DNA of 64,000 nucleotides from Paragordius varius (GCA_964247055.1 OZ176057.1:744001-808000); one strand, 5' to 3'; shown: positions 25,553 to 39,111, counted from the stretch's first letter. Numbers and translations: made by a program. Notes: a model not told the origin generated them from the letters alone.

Positions 25553-27229
25553 CAGGGGTTCTTAAACTATGGGTCGCGACCCCATTTGGGGTCGCGTAAC
25601 AAAATTATGGGGTCGCGAGTGATAAAAATACAATTTAACAATAAACGTTTTTTAACTTGTAAAATTATTGTTATAAAACAATTATAATTTATATATATAT
25701 ATATATATATATCATCTGGTTCCGAAAAACTGTTTATGCCAGCATTTCTCTTCCGAACATAGCTAATTCACATGTTTTAATGACGATTGAAGAAAAGATT
25801 GTCTTTGGGAACGTCTTTTGTGAAAAAACAATTATATTTGCTCTTTTAATTTGTCAGTGCCCTCTGTAACAAGATTTTAGTTTTCTTTTTATTCGGTAAT
25901 TAATAATCATATATAATCTGCAATATGTTTTTTTTATATATTTATTGTATTTTAGAATAAAAATAATTTTTGCCCATGGATAAATGGCTCTTAAATAAGA
26001 ATTGTAATGACGCAGATATTAATCCAACAAATTCTTCTCAGTCAGAACAAAGTATTGGAAAAGAGACATCTAATGTGCGAAAAAGAAAATATGATGAGTC
26101 TTTTCTTCAATTTGGCTTCATATTTCAAAATTGTAATGGTAATGAACACCTCTTTGTTTGATATGCAATGAATTATTGGCTTCGGAGAGTATGAAACCAT
26201 CAACATATTTTGAATCAAAGCATGTTTTTTCATATGTCAATAAACCTAAAGAATATTTTGAAGGACTGTAATCTTGGTGTAATGTTTGAAACTAGGTAAA
26301 ACCTCTAAACATTTTTTATCACTGAACGATATTGGGATTTAATGTTTCTTAAAGCTGAGAAAGTAACTTCACATAAATATGTGGTGTTAAATGGCAGAAG
26401 TACATTCATGTCGGCGATTGATTCATCCAGAATTCATTCAAAATTTTGGAATTGTAGTTTTAAGTTTGAGTCACACGAAAGCTTACAAATTCCTCTTGAG
26501 TTTTAAGTGGCAGATGATCAATCTTACTTAAGCCAATCCAAGGCTTTTGAATCCAAATAATTTTTTTAATAATATTTAATATAAAATATGTCAGGAAATG
26601 TATTTCTAGCATTTTTATTGATCTACAATAGTTTTTCAATATAAGTTTTACAATCAAATTTCTCAATTACGAAATTGTAGACACTAAAATATTTCAAACG
26701 AATTTTATTCAACTCTACTTTTCCAAATGATCTTTTTAATAAAACTTGCAATTTTATCGCTTGAAGTATATATATGCATATTTTTCAGTGAAGATACAGG
26801 GGATCGTTTACTTCGCAAAAATATCCGACAAATAACACTTGGATAGCCACAAGTCATTTTGAAAAAAAGCAGCGAATTCTCATTTTTATTTAGTTAAAAA
26901 TATTTCGATCTCCTTCAATAACAATAATTATTTCGGTTTTAAGAGATTGGCAAAAATATGTATTTTTTATAGATTTCTATAACATCTTCTGATTCATAGT
27001 AAATTGATACAATATATAATAATCGGAATATTTGTGCAAATTTTAATTGATTTTTTATGTTTCAAAACGAATTCTAAATTTATATATTTTCATATGCATA
27101 TGTATATTGTTTCTTGATAAATATATCATCAAAAAATATTAATTTATTTTTCTTTTATATTTATTGGGGTCGCCAAGAAATTTGCGATCATAAATGGGGT
27201 TGCGACTCACAAAAGTTTAAGAAGCCCTG
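25553..27229 (+). mobile_element. hAT (Buster/Charlie subfamily) internal-deletion derivative, 1677 bp
   Basis: TIRs CAGGGGTTCTTAAACT / AGTTTAAGAAGCCCTG, subterminal GGGGTCGCGA repeats, and a perfect 8-bp TSD GTCTAGGT with central TA, typical of Buster elements. Confidence 0.9.
25976..26215 (+). pseudogene. Remnant of a Buster-type transposase N-terminus (BED zinc-finger region)
   Basis: MDKWL...RKRKYDESFLQFGF, then after a frameshift CLICNELLASESMKPS, matching the start of Buster/ZBED5-ZBED8-like transposases. No catalytic domain was seen. Confidence 0.75.
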
Positions 27230-28732
27230 GTCTAGGTCATGTAGTAGTATTTCAGTAATTCAAAAATATAACGACATAACATAAAAATTAAACATTTTAT
27301 GTTTAATATATAGCCAAAATAAAATTGTAATATTTATTTTTTATTTTGTTACCAATTTACATTTCTATTTCTAATGTTGCACGAAAAAACCAGATAGAGA
27401 TTTAATCAGTTGTTTTAATATATGACTGTTGTTATTTTCATAAATATAGACGTTAAAAAACTAAAATACAAATCTATATATATTAAAAAAATTGGAATAA
27501 TCTGGCCTTGTGATCTGTTTGTAAAACCGGTAGACTCATCCAAATCCTAATGTTGAAAAAATATAATCATTAATGAATGCTCCGGCAATAGCTTCACCCT
27601 TTTTCATATTAGGACCCCAGTTCGGGCCCACCCCGTATAAAAACGGATTTTTCTTGAAAACAAATCCAAAATCGTGTCTTTGACACAAATTTCCCGGAAA
27701 ACGTGTTGGACCATTTGATTTCAAATGATTTTTACTTTTTTTCAACTGCGTCGAACATAGTCGGCTCGCTTTTTTAATTTAGGCCCTCTTACCCGCTCCC
27801 CCCGTAAAATGCAATTTTTTCAAAAAAGACGTCCACAAAAATAATTTTTTTCGCCTAAGGTATGAGACCAAAAAAATTCAATGAGGATTATTAGTTTTCC
27901 CTGTTAAAAGGTAAAAACTTAAGTCGTCCACCTTTTTATATTGGCTGTTTGGTGAGTAGATACCCGCGAAAAACTGCCCCGTCATATCGAAAAGCGTGCT
28001 TTTGGGGCAAAATTTCAGAAAACCTATCAGGCTATAATTTCAATAGGTGCTTAAAATACTACCCCTAAAGGGAAAAAATTAGGTCGTCGGGTTTTTCGAA
28101 ATGAGCTGTTAATTAGGCCCTTCACGCCCTGAAAAATTCGCCACCATAGAATTTTTTAGTTTTGATGCAATTTTTCCAAAAACTAATGAGAGCTTTAACA
28201 ATCATTCTTCAAAGTGTTCTCTGCAAAAAGGAAAAAATTTAAATCAAGCGCTTTTTTGGTATTAGCCTCTGGGTAGGGAGCTACCCGCCTAACTGCGTTT
28301 CCATATCGAAATTGCGTTGTTTAGGAGTTAATTTTCAAAATATCAAGCCACATAAGTTTTATAAGGGCATGAAATTTTACGCTTAAATAGTCAAAAATTT
28401 AAGTTGAGCGGTTTTTTTAAATTAACCGTTAATTAGGCCCTTTACGCCCTAAAACATGAGCTGTCATTGAAATAATATTTAGTTTTGAAGCCATTATGAC
28501 AAAAACTGATCAGAACATAAGGAATGAATGATGATTCCAGGTATTCCCCTCAAAAATTTCTATCAAACGTCTTTTTTATATCCTCTGGGTAGGAGGCTAC
28601 CCGCCTACAACTGCGCCATCATATCCATACAGCATGCCTTTAGAGGCAAATTTTAGAAAACTTATCAGGCCATTTGAGTTCAATAAGGGCTTGAAATATT
28701 ACCGTAAAAAGGTAAAAATTAAAGTAGAGCGG

Positions 28733-28997
28733 TGTAGTAAATCGAGAAACCGTAAAACAATAAGATTTATTGAGATAAAATGCAAAAAACTAAATTATAT
28801 ACAGTTTGCGATGTTTATATACTTTTTGTGAATATAATATTTACATGTTAAACCAAGGTAAAATAACATGTGCAGGTTAAATACAAAATTGATAATACAA
28901 TAGTTTAACTCATATATATAAGGTGAAATATATTCAAACCTAATATATAAATTGGTCTCGTCTAAGGTTAGCTAACTTGATGTATTCTAATCTATCA
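28733..28997 (-). repeat. 3' LTR (265 bp)
   Basis: Direct repeat of 32767-33028; reads TGATAGATTAG...TTTACTACA on the - strand. Confidence 0.95.
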
Positions 28998-31900
28998 TAT
29001 CTCCTAATCCAAATCCCAGCCGATCTGGTGCTTTTCTCTCCCTAAGAGGATATCTCCTTTCAGGTTCTTTCTCAGTTGTCTTTTCCGTCCTTATTTCAAC
29101 CTGGGTGTCTTTCTCGTTTTCTTTTTCTATGCTTGGTTCCTCCCCCACCTCCCGATAATTGCTTGTAATCTCATCATCTGTTTGGTTTATCGTTAAATTA
29201 TCATCCTCCTCTCCGCCGTCCTCGACTCCGGTCGGCCGTAATTGATCCGCATGCTTGCGAAGTGTTCGATTTCCATCTTTAACCGTGTACGAGAGTACCA
29301 CTGTTCTCTCCAAAACTGAACCTTTTCTCCACCCTGAATTGATTTAATTCTTTATGTGCACTTCTTCGTCCGGTCTAAAAACTTGATTGGGTATTATGTC
29401 GTCCTCTAATTGTTGTGCGGGTGTTTCCCTAACCCAAGAGAAGGGGGTATTAATATGTCTTTTCAGAAATAAGTTATACGGGCACTCTTTTGTGGCGCTA
29501 TGTACGGCGGAGCGATAACCCCATAACACTTGATTTATATTTTTGTCAGGAGTCAGCGTAGAATCCGTTAGCGATTTATAGTGTGCTTTTAAGGTGTAAA
29601 TGACCCGTTCCACCAGCCCATTTGTTCGTGGATGATAGGGGGCACTAGTGACATGTTTGATGTTTCTCGTTGCAGGGTATCTTTAAAATCCTTCGATGCA
29701 AAATATGATGCATTATCGGTAACTATCATTCGAGGAAACCCGTACCTTACACACCAAATTTCTTACCAATGTAGTATGTTTGCAGAATTAACAGTTCTTA
29801 GCAATTCGACTTCAACCCATCTGGAGCTACTATCGATAGCTACTAACCAATACAACCCATCTATAGGACCGGCAATATCAAGATGTATCCTTTCCCAGAT
29901 ACCCGTATTAAAATTCCATTTGTACGTTGGATTCCTTTTTATGTTACTCCGGTTTAACTGACACCCCATACAAGATCTCACATAACTTTCAATATCTTGG
30001 TTTATACCTGGCCAATAAACCCTAGCCTTGGCAGACTCTTTCATTCCATTAGCCCCCGAATGTCCAACATGCAAAAATTTTAACGTTTCGTTTCGCAACG
30101 CCCTGGGAATAAACAGACGATCGCCCCAATACAACAAACCATATGATTCTTTGTTACTTATACTCAATATCGAATTTAAAATTGGAGCTGACCAATCAAT
30201 ATGATGTAGAGCTTTTAATGTCATCAAAAATTCATCCCGTAAAGTATTTTCTTTCATTGGCTGTACGCTTAAGTTGTCAGTTGTTAGAAAGTTGATTTGC
30301 CTGGGTTGCTCCTCAACTTCCTCAGTCGGTTCTTCTTACGGTAGACGAGATAACCAATCCGCTAAATTTTCCGAACCATTAATATATTGTATAGTAAAAT
30401 TATAATCGGCTGTTCTGAGTATCCATCATACTAATCTACTATTGTTAATATTACTTAGATCTCTCTTAAAGCCAAACAACTTGATCAGGGGTTTATGATC
30501 GGTTAATAATACGAACTTTCTGCCATACACAAACATTTTAAATTTTTCTAGCGCATATAAAATTGCCTTTGCTTCTTTTTCAATTACCGAGAAATGTTGT
30601 TCTGCCTTCGAACATTTTCGAGACGCAAAAGCTATCGGCCGTTTTCCCTCACTTGTCATATGCGATAAGACTGCTCCGAATCCGTCATTCGATGCATCTG
30701 TTTCCAAGACTAACGGAAGGTTCGGGTTAAACGGTATTAAATATAATGCATTACTCACCAACAGTTTAGCTTTATCAAAAACCCTCTCTTCTTTTGTCGA
30801 CCAACACTATTTCTTAGAACCTGTGAGCGCATGTAAACCGCGATTGTAGCATGCAAAGATGGAATAAAACGAGCGTGAAAATTTAACATTCCCAAAAAAG
30901 ACCGAAGTGATGTTTTATTGGTAGGTGTAGGACAATTCAAAATTGCTTTTACTTTTTCGTTATCAGGTTTAATTCCTTTGTCTGAAGTTATATATCCTAA
31001 GTATGACACTGAGAAACGAGCTAATTGGATTTTATCCTTTTTAAATTTCAAACCCGCAGCAGCTAATTTGTTCAACACTTTTTTTAAATTATCCTTATGC
31101 TCCATTACCGTTGTTCCACTAACAATATCATCTAAGTAAACCGCTGTACCTGGACAATCTTTTAATAACTCATCCATAATTTGTCGAAATATCGTGGGTG
31201 CACCAGATATTCCAAATGGCAGTCTCTTAAATCGAAAAAGGCCTATATGTGAACTAAATGTGAGTAAATGTTGATAATCTTGGTGTATCGGCATTTGCTA
31301 GTAAGATTCTTTTAGATCTAAGGTCGTAAAAACTTTTTCTGCCCGATTTTAAACACTAACTGATCAAACGTTGGAATCAGATGATCTACAGGAACCAGAC
31401 TTGGGTTTAATGTAACTCCAAAATCACCACATATGCGAATATCATTATCATTCTTTTTAACTATCACCAACGGAGTTACCCAGCAAATTCGTGTTTGCGA
31501 GGGGTTTATGGACTCTATAATACCCAGACTTTCAAGCCTCTTTAATTCACTCTCCACCTTAGACTGAAGCGGAATAGGTACCCTCCTGGCTGCAAATCTT
31601 TTGGGGATACTCCCTTTTTGAGAAAAACTTGATGGGTGGTCCCGTGTAACACCCCATACCTTCACAAAACAAATCCTTAAATTTATTTAAATCCACGTAA
31701 TTAACATTTTTTACACATACAGCCTCTGGAAATCTGCATTCAAAACTTTTCATCCATGGTAACCCAAAAATGTTACTCCAATCAACCCTAGTAACCATAC
31801 ATTCCAACTGTTTGACCATACCATTCCATTTCAAATCTACCACGCATTGTCCCATCACCTCTACACCTTGATAGTTGAACCCAATTATTAGACCCGCGGG

Positions 31901-32726
31901 TGCTAAGGTCGGCCTTCCAATCTCCATCCACGTGCTTTTCCCAATCAATGATATTTGAGCTCCGGTATCGTACAACATCCTCACCCAATGGCCATTCAGA
32001 CTTGCTTGCGTTCGGGCTTCATTATTATTATTGTTACCACTCAGTATATTAACGCGCCGGTAACACCTGCCAAAATGACCACGTCCTTTGCATCGGTATC
32101 ACCTTGTTTGAAGCGGGACACCAGTTGTTCGCATGCACGTATCCACATTTTCCACATTTTTATCTTTTCATCATAACCTGCCTATTGTCGGGACCCTGAT
32201 CAATCAAACAACTGTCCGCCTTTTGGTACGCCATTGCCATTTCTACCACCATCTCCAACGTAACCGGTTTCCCATCAGCCATTGCATCTGGAAACTTTGT
32301 GAACAGATCTATTTCCAATCTTTTGAGTTGTAACCCTCCCACAAACCCATCTCTGATTCTTAGCCTTGCATCATGCCCAAAGTTGTACCGGGCAGCACAT
32401 TCCTTTACTCGAATTAAAAAATCCATCACTGATTCCGTGGCTTCCCTCTGGAGTTGCGTAAACTGGAACCTGGCTGCAAACACATTGAGCAAATATTTTT
32501 TCCCAGCTGCTACCAAAGCATCACAGCCCACTTTCTCTAACAGTACGGGATAAAAGAATTTCTTCAACTTTGGAATATGGGATAGACCAATGTAGGCCAA
32601 TAATAAGTTTTTTTTTGTTTCGTCATCTTCTGAAATTAATTTCACTTTTAACATTCTCTTTATATAATCGATATAATCATTAAAGCTAGTTGCGGGATCA
32701 TAGGTTTCCAGACTTAATTTCTCCAT
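28987..32726 (-). pseudogene. Frameshifted gag-pol
   Basis: gag MEKLSLETYDP... with CGKCGYVH..CPA and RCKGRGHFGRC knuckles; protease LYDTGAQISLI; RT WVTPLVIVKK...RICGDF and YLDD; RNase H LETDASNDGFGAVL, TDHKPL; integrase LHVGHSG...CMGCQ, WERIHLDIAGP. Broken into at least 8 ORF pieces. Confidence 0.93.
28998..29010 (-). promoter_or_regulatory. Polypurine tract
   Basis: GGATTAGGAGATA immediately precedes the TG of the 3' LTR. Confidence 0.7.
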
Positions 32727-32752
32727 GCGCGAATGTAATGATGTAAAAAAAA

Positions 32753-32764
32753 TCGACCGCGCCA
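32753..32764 (-). promoter_or_regulatory. Primer-binding site TGGCGCGGTCGA
   Basis: Lies 2 nt inside the 5' LTR and begins TGG. The implied G discriminator and GCGGTCG acceptor stem suggest tRNA-Ser (inference). Confidence 0.75.
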
Positions 32765-32766
32765 AA

Positions 32767-33028
32767 TGTAAATCGAGAAACCGTAAAACAATAAGATTTA
32801 TTGAGATAAAATGCAAAAACTAAACTATATACAGTTTGCGATGTTTATATACTTTTTGTGAATATAATATTTACATGTTAAACCAAGGTAAAATAACGTC
32901 AGGTTAAATACAAAATTGGTAATACAATAGTTTAACTCATATATAAAAGGTCATCAAAATGTATTCAAATCTAATATATAAATGGGTCTCGTCTAAGGTT
33001 AACTAACTTGATGTATTCTAATCTATCA
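32767..33028 (-). repeat. 5' LTR (262 bp)
   Basis: Direct repeat of 28733-28997, with several substitutions and three small indels. Confidence 0.95.
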
Positions 33029-34881
33029 AGCGGTTTTATTGAATTACCCCTTAATTAGGCCCCTGTCCTAAAAAATGCGCCGCCATAGAATGACTTTTTG
33101 GTTTAAAGGCGATTTTTTGAAAATCACACGAGAGCATATGGAATCAATCATGATTCCATACCCGAATTAAGGCAAAAATTTTAATCAAGCGTTTTTTGTT
33201 TCGCCCCTGGTTAAGGGTCTACCCGCGTAAAAATCTGTCAGCATATCGATACAGCATGCTTTTGGAGCCAAATTTTAGCCTATGAGACTATGTGAGTTCA
33301 AAAAGGGCGTAAAATATTTTTTACCCCTTAAAAAAACAAATATTTAGTATAGGGGTTAAGCCCCGAAAAATGCGCCGCCATAGAACAATTTAGTTTTGAA
33401 GCAATATTTCCAAGAATTTATAGGAACATATGGACATTAAAATTCCAGATATTCCCCATATAAAGATAAAAATTTTGCCCTACGCTTTTTTATACCTGCC
33501 TCTGGGTAGGAAGCTACCCGAAACTGCGCCACTATATAGAAATTGCGTTGTTTTGGAACTAATATAAAGAAAACTTATGCCATCTGAGCTCATCTAAAGT
33601 TCGAAATATTACCCATAACTAGGTAAAAATCAAGGTCAGACCTTTTTTTTATCAGCCGTTAATTTGAGGCTTTTATGCCCCAAAAACACGCCATCATATA
33701 ACGATTATTTAGTGTTGAAGTATTTTTTCAAATAACCCATGACACGATGATATCAAAGATGATTCCAAATATTTGCCCTAAGGCAAAGATTTTAACTCAG
33801 CGTTTTTTCCATATAGGTCTATGAGTGGGGCTACCGATTTAAAACTAATGTCATACATAAATGGCGTGGTTTTGGAGCTAATTTTTAAAAAAGTTAAGAA
33901 GTTATACGAGTTCAGTTATACACATTTCTAGGAAAATTTGTCTAATATCATTTTAAGACCACAAATGATTTACTTTTTACATCCCCTGATCTCAGCTGTG
34001 TCAAGACAATTTCAAAATAAAACTTTTAACCATGATTTCGTGAAACGAACTGATAGTTGAATATTAACTTTAATAAGGGACAGTTTAAATATGGTCAATT
34101 TCGAGTAAACAATATTTGAGCCCATGCAAAAACCCGTAAAAGAATAATTATAGACATTCTTTTTATTAAATATGTTTTTTTATTTTTTTTCCATTACCTC
34201 TATTTATTGCAAATTATTTATAATAATTTTCGGTGAGACTACGTCACAGCGAAGCGTGACAGGGCCAGCTAGTATATATATATATATATCTATAGGAATT
34301 TTACAAATGTGTGTATGTCACACCTCTTTACTCCATAAGGACAAAATTATACATGTCCGTCTTTTTATTATTTATATACCCGATGTCAAAAATAAAGCTT
34401 TTTTTGCACGTTTCACCCAATAATTGCTTATGTTTTTTTATATACTAAGATCCTTGCTGAATAAATATTTTTTTGTAAACATCGTATAAATTTGGTGTGC
34501 TTTTGGGGCCATCTTACCTTTAAACCCGCTCAAAAATAAGTTTTTGAGGCTATTATTCGCTAAAATAAGATAATACGCGTATAAAGGCAAAATATTTACC
34601 CTAGCATTATTTTATAAAAATGCAACAATGTTTTATAAAACCTTTTTTTATATAACTTAACGTTTTATGTTGAAAAATAGGAAAAATAGGAATTTCTATT
34701 GTTAGTACACTCAATTATATAAATTTTATCTATATTATATCAAGCTGTTGAAATGGCTGTATTTAAAAATTATTGTCCTGTATAGGTTTATCAGATAAAA
34801 AAGTATATTCCATGAATTTATTTTCTATTCATAAAAACATAAAAATATAAAAGAGGATTGACAATTATCATAAATGCTTTT

Positions 34882-37256
34882 TCAATCTTCATCTTGCGTT
34901 TCTATACAAATAAATAAATTTATATTATAATATATATTTTTCATTCAATAAAATTTTATAGTTAAAGTAAAATTAAAACGGACCAAATGTAAGGACAAAT
35001 AAAGGACAAACATATTTTTTTTCAAAAGACCATAGTCTATTTTTAAACTTAATTTTTTTAATATATATAACTTATTGTTTGAATTGCAAATTTATATTGA
35101 TAACACAATTATTTATGTATTTGTAATTAAATAATTAATAAAAAGTTCAAAGTCTTGTAGTTTTTACATTTTGTCATTTTAACTTTATGTTATTTATCAA
35201 AAATTTTATAAAATCAAATTTTTACCTGGTATAAAACAAGCTAAAAAATAGAAATATGAATATTAATTTTAAAAACAAATAAAACATTGGGTAATTAAGA
35301 TTTATGTTATATTACCTCTGACTAAATCTACAACACAAAAATATAATAATATAAGTTTAATATATATTTATATATGTAAAGTAATTATGGGTAATTTTTG
35401 ATCGGTTAAATATTGTTAGATAATAGTAAAAAATTTTTTTTTGATCCATCTATTTTACGAAAAAAAAAGTTTAAAACATATTTTTTATGGGGAACGAGAT
35501 TTAGTAGACGTTTAAAATGTGTCACACCAAACCCTGGTTGCATTTAAAATGTAAATTTAATTCTATGATTAGCTAAAAATAATCGGCAAAATATTTATAA
35601 TATGACTCAATTGAATGGAAGTATTATTACACTTTTTATCTAATATGAATTTTTTCAAATTTTAGTAATAGTTATATTAATTTCGAATTTATTTCTGCGG
35701 TTTTATTTGATAAATTTAGTCAAATACGCCGTAAACTCTTATTAAAATACCAAATGGCTGATATTAAACACTGTTTTCCTATATTCTTTATTATTATTTA
35801 TAAACAGTAAAAATTGAAATTATACGGACAAAATGTAAAAACAAATATTTCTTTTTAAAAGACAACCATACTTTTAAAACCTCAAATATTTTATATATAA
35901 CTCATTGTTTCGAACTCTACAACAAGGAATAGTGATGTAAATTGGTAAACAATCAATTATTCATTTTATAACTAATAGCATAGAAAAAATTAGGATTTAA
36001 AAATGTATGGTTGTTGTCTTTTAAATAAAAATTTTACATTTTGTCCGTATAATTTCGATTTTTACTGTAATAAGAAAATTTTTTTTTAAATCTTATACGC
36101 TAATGTAAAATGTATATTCTTAATTACGATTGACCCTCTTTTTATATATGAAATTATAATTTGTAAGGTAATCTAAAAAAAATATTTACCCATAAACCAT
36201 GCTAAAGATATCAACAAATAGAATATTAGATATTTTTTTAACATATATTTTATTTATTTTTTCCAAAAAAAGGATAATAAGTTTGAAAATATATACTCCA
36301 GGAGGTAACTACATACGATAAAAAATATATTATATTACAAATTTTTACTATATGGCTAAATTTTTTTAAAAAACTAAAAAAATTTAAAATTACCAATCAA
36401 TGGTCTTGGCCTACGTCTCCTATTATTGTCGCTATTAGATTTTTGAGAAGTATTGATTTGCATCGTGTTGATTTGGTCATGTAATTCTGCATAATACATA
36501 AAAATGTTTAAATTAATTTTTAGGTGTTTTAGCAACAAATTGTCCAATTGTATTTATATATGAGTTTTTTTTAGAATTTTATAATGGAAATATAGATATT
36601 CAATTAAAATAAACAATGATTATGAAAATTCGGGATATACAATATACTTTCAATGATGAGAGACAGCTTTTTCATTTAAAAGATAAAGAATTTTTTATAA
36701 TTTAATTTTATTTTATGACTATGTCCTCATATCGAATGATGAATATTTTTTTTCCACATAAAATTTTTACTTATAGATATCATTTTTTAAATTTTTTATG
36801 ACGCCATAACACGTAGTTTAAAAAATGTTAGCTACAAAGATCGAATTTATGACAATAAAGTATAATATATCCACAAATGGCATTTTGATCTCAAAGCTTA
36901 GTATATTTTTATCTGCGATTAACTTGAAGCCCAACAGTTAAAAGGTTTTTAAACTAATTTTAAAAAGATTTTTAATATTCTCTTTTTAAGCCAAAATTTA
37001 ATCAAAGATAAAATTGAATACAATTCACCCTTAAACTCTTAAAATTAACCCACCCTTGAACATTTAAAATTCCTCCTAAAAAAATTATTTTGGGCTTATT
37101 TAAAGTCCTTCCATATTGATATGAATATTTTTATAGATTACTTTTTCTGATGTTACTTTAAACAAAATTTCAATTTTATAAAAATATCAAAGAAAAACAT
37201 GAACTGTTGAGGGGTCAAATGGAATTGTTTAAGGGTGAAATTTAAAAATGTAAATG

Positions 37257-37296
<40 letters not shown>

Positions 37297-39070
37297 ATTA
37301 CCATGGATGTTATCTGCAAAAAGAGAATTATATATTTTATAAATGATATAATCAAAATAAAATTAATAATTTTTAAATGGGTAGTTGGTAATACCTTGCA
37401 TCATAATGATTCTTTGATTAAGAGCTACATGTTGCAATAATATACAGGTAAAATTAAAAGTTAAAAATTAAATTAATAGACACATAAAAAATGTTTATAA
37501 TTTTTTTTTTAAAATATCTCTGTAAGAAAATAGACTAAAATAAAATTTGGGTTAAAAAAATAAAAAATAATAATAAAAATCTTACTGGTCATAAGTGAGA
37601 TCATTTCTCCAAATTGATCTGTTGACAATCTTTGACGAGCTAATTTGAAAAATAAAAAAACGGTTAAAATTATATTTTATATTCTAATATTTTTTGGTAA
37701 TAAATAAATTGCGATAAATTTTTGTAAAATACTTTGTGGTGGTGATCTGCGGATTCTGAGTATTCGGTTTGAAATTTCTGATTTAATTGATTCCACTTTA
37801 TATGTTTGAAAATTATCAATTGATGAGTATACATGGATCTTGAGAGGTCCTGATAGAATAATAATATATTGATATATTTTACATATGTAAAGCGCTTAAT
37901 GAAAATTACTCATAATCAAAAAACAATGCTATATTATGAAGCAAAACGATAATTTTAAAAGTGAATCGCAGTTTATTTTAAACTTCAGTAAAAAGTGAAA
38001 TTAACTTCCCGAAAAAAGGTAAAAATATAAAGACAAATATTTTTTAATAAACAACCATACTTTTTTAAACTTAATTTTTTCCTTCATATTAATTGTGTTA
38101 TATAATTTCTAATTTTAAAAATGATTTTAATCTAAAAAAATCGCAATCAGTGTGGTGGCCTTTTGAAAAATCATATTTGTCTTTCTTTTTTTACATTTGT
38201 GAAATTTTAAAATTTTAAAACTATGTTATAACGGTGAATTGGAATAAAAAATGACCCAAAGTTTTTTGCTTAGCGATCAATTTATAAGCTTTTAATTTTA
38301 TCCGTTTTTTTCCAATTTGCTCTTTTATTTTACTATTGTGTTACGCCATATCTCCTAAAATTTACTGTTTAAGATTAAAATATTGGTGGAGACATTATAT
38401 TAAATTTACCTAAAGAGGTATTAGTTGCATTTGCGACAAATATCCAAGCTTTTGTATCGCCGAGCGATTTGAAAAAGTTGACATCTTTGCTAAACAATTT
38501 GCCATATACCACGGATTCATTATACTTTTCTAAAAAAAATTAAAATTAATATAAATACAACATTGGATATTATCTGTAAATGGTTAAATGCGTTATTAAA
38601 GAAATTCTTTCAAAATCTTAAATAAAGATAATAATAAAATATTTGTGTTGCAGATTTAAAAAATTGTTTTTAAATTTGATTATACCTCATGAGGTATTTG
38701 AAAAATAATCGGCCTATTAAAGTAAATACAATAAAAGATAATTAATAAAGGTAAGAAATGGCCAAGTTTAAAATTATTGGCTCTTAATTAAAAGATTTAT
38801 TAAGATATATATCGATTACATACTCCTTAAAGCAAATTATTACTTATTTAAGGTTAATTAAAATATGTGAAGTACGCTGAAAAATATTGGATAGAACTTT
38901 CTGTAAAATTACCCTATATATTTTAAATAACACATAAATGAAGCTTTAAAACTAAAAAAATAAAATAATTAAAACATAAGTTTACCATTTAGTGCTTGTT
39001 GGCTGGTTATACATATGATACCGAATGTTTGAGTTGTGTTTATTTCAAAGTTGATTTTATAACTGCAAGC

Positions 39071-39111
<41 letters not shown>

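Larger units (their letters stand above)
28733..33028 (-). mobile_element. Ty3/gypsy LTR retrotransposon (Mag-like), full length 4296 bp, decayed
   Basis: Two LTRs with TG...CA termini, 5-bp TSD AGCGG (28728-28732, 33029-33033), PBS, PPT, and domain order gag-PR-RT-RNaseH-INT. Mag-like assignment is inferred from the short LTRs and the double Cys/His gag motif. Confidence 0.95.
27473..34272 (+). mobile_element. Complete non-autonomous Helitron, long form (copy B, about 2.5 kb), interrupted by an LTR retrotransposon
   Basis: 5' A|TCTATATA at 27473. 3' hairpin GTCACAGCGAAGCGTGAC (34243-34260), then AGGGCCAG, CTAG (34269-34272) and |T. It is therefore inserted between A and T with no TSD. Same ~320-bp internal units as copy A; no Rep/helicase ORF. 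Confidence 0.85.

Noticed and set aside
34172-34423. 83-aa ORF
   Set aside because: It spans the Helitron 3' hairpin and a (TA)n run; low complexity, not a gene.
35631-35757. Further micro-exon candidates of 9 nt (35639-35631) and 7 nt (35757-35751)
   Set aside because: The 7-nt one breaks the frame and the 9-nt one has a weak acceptor. They show that such motifs arise by chance, so both were left out of the model.
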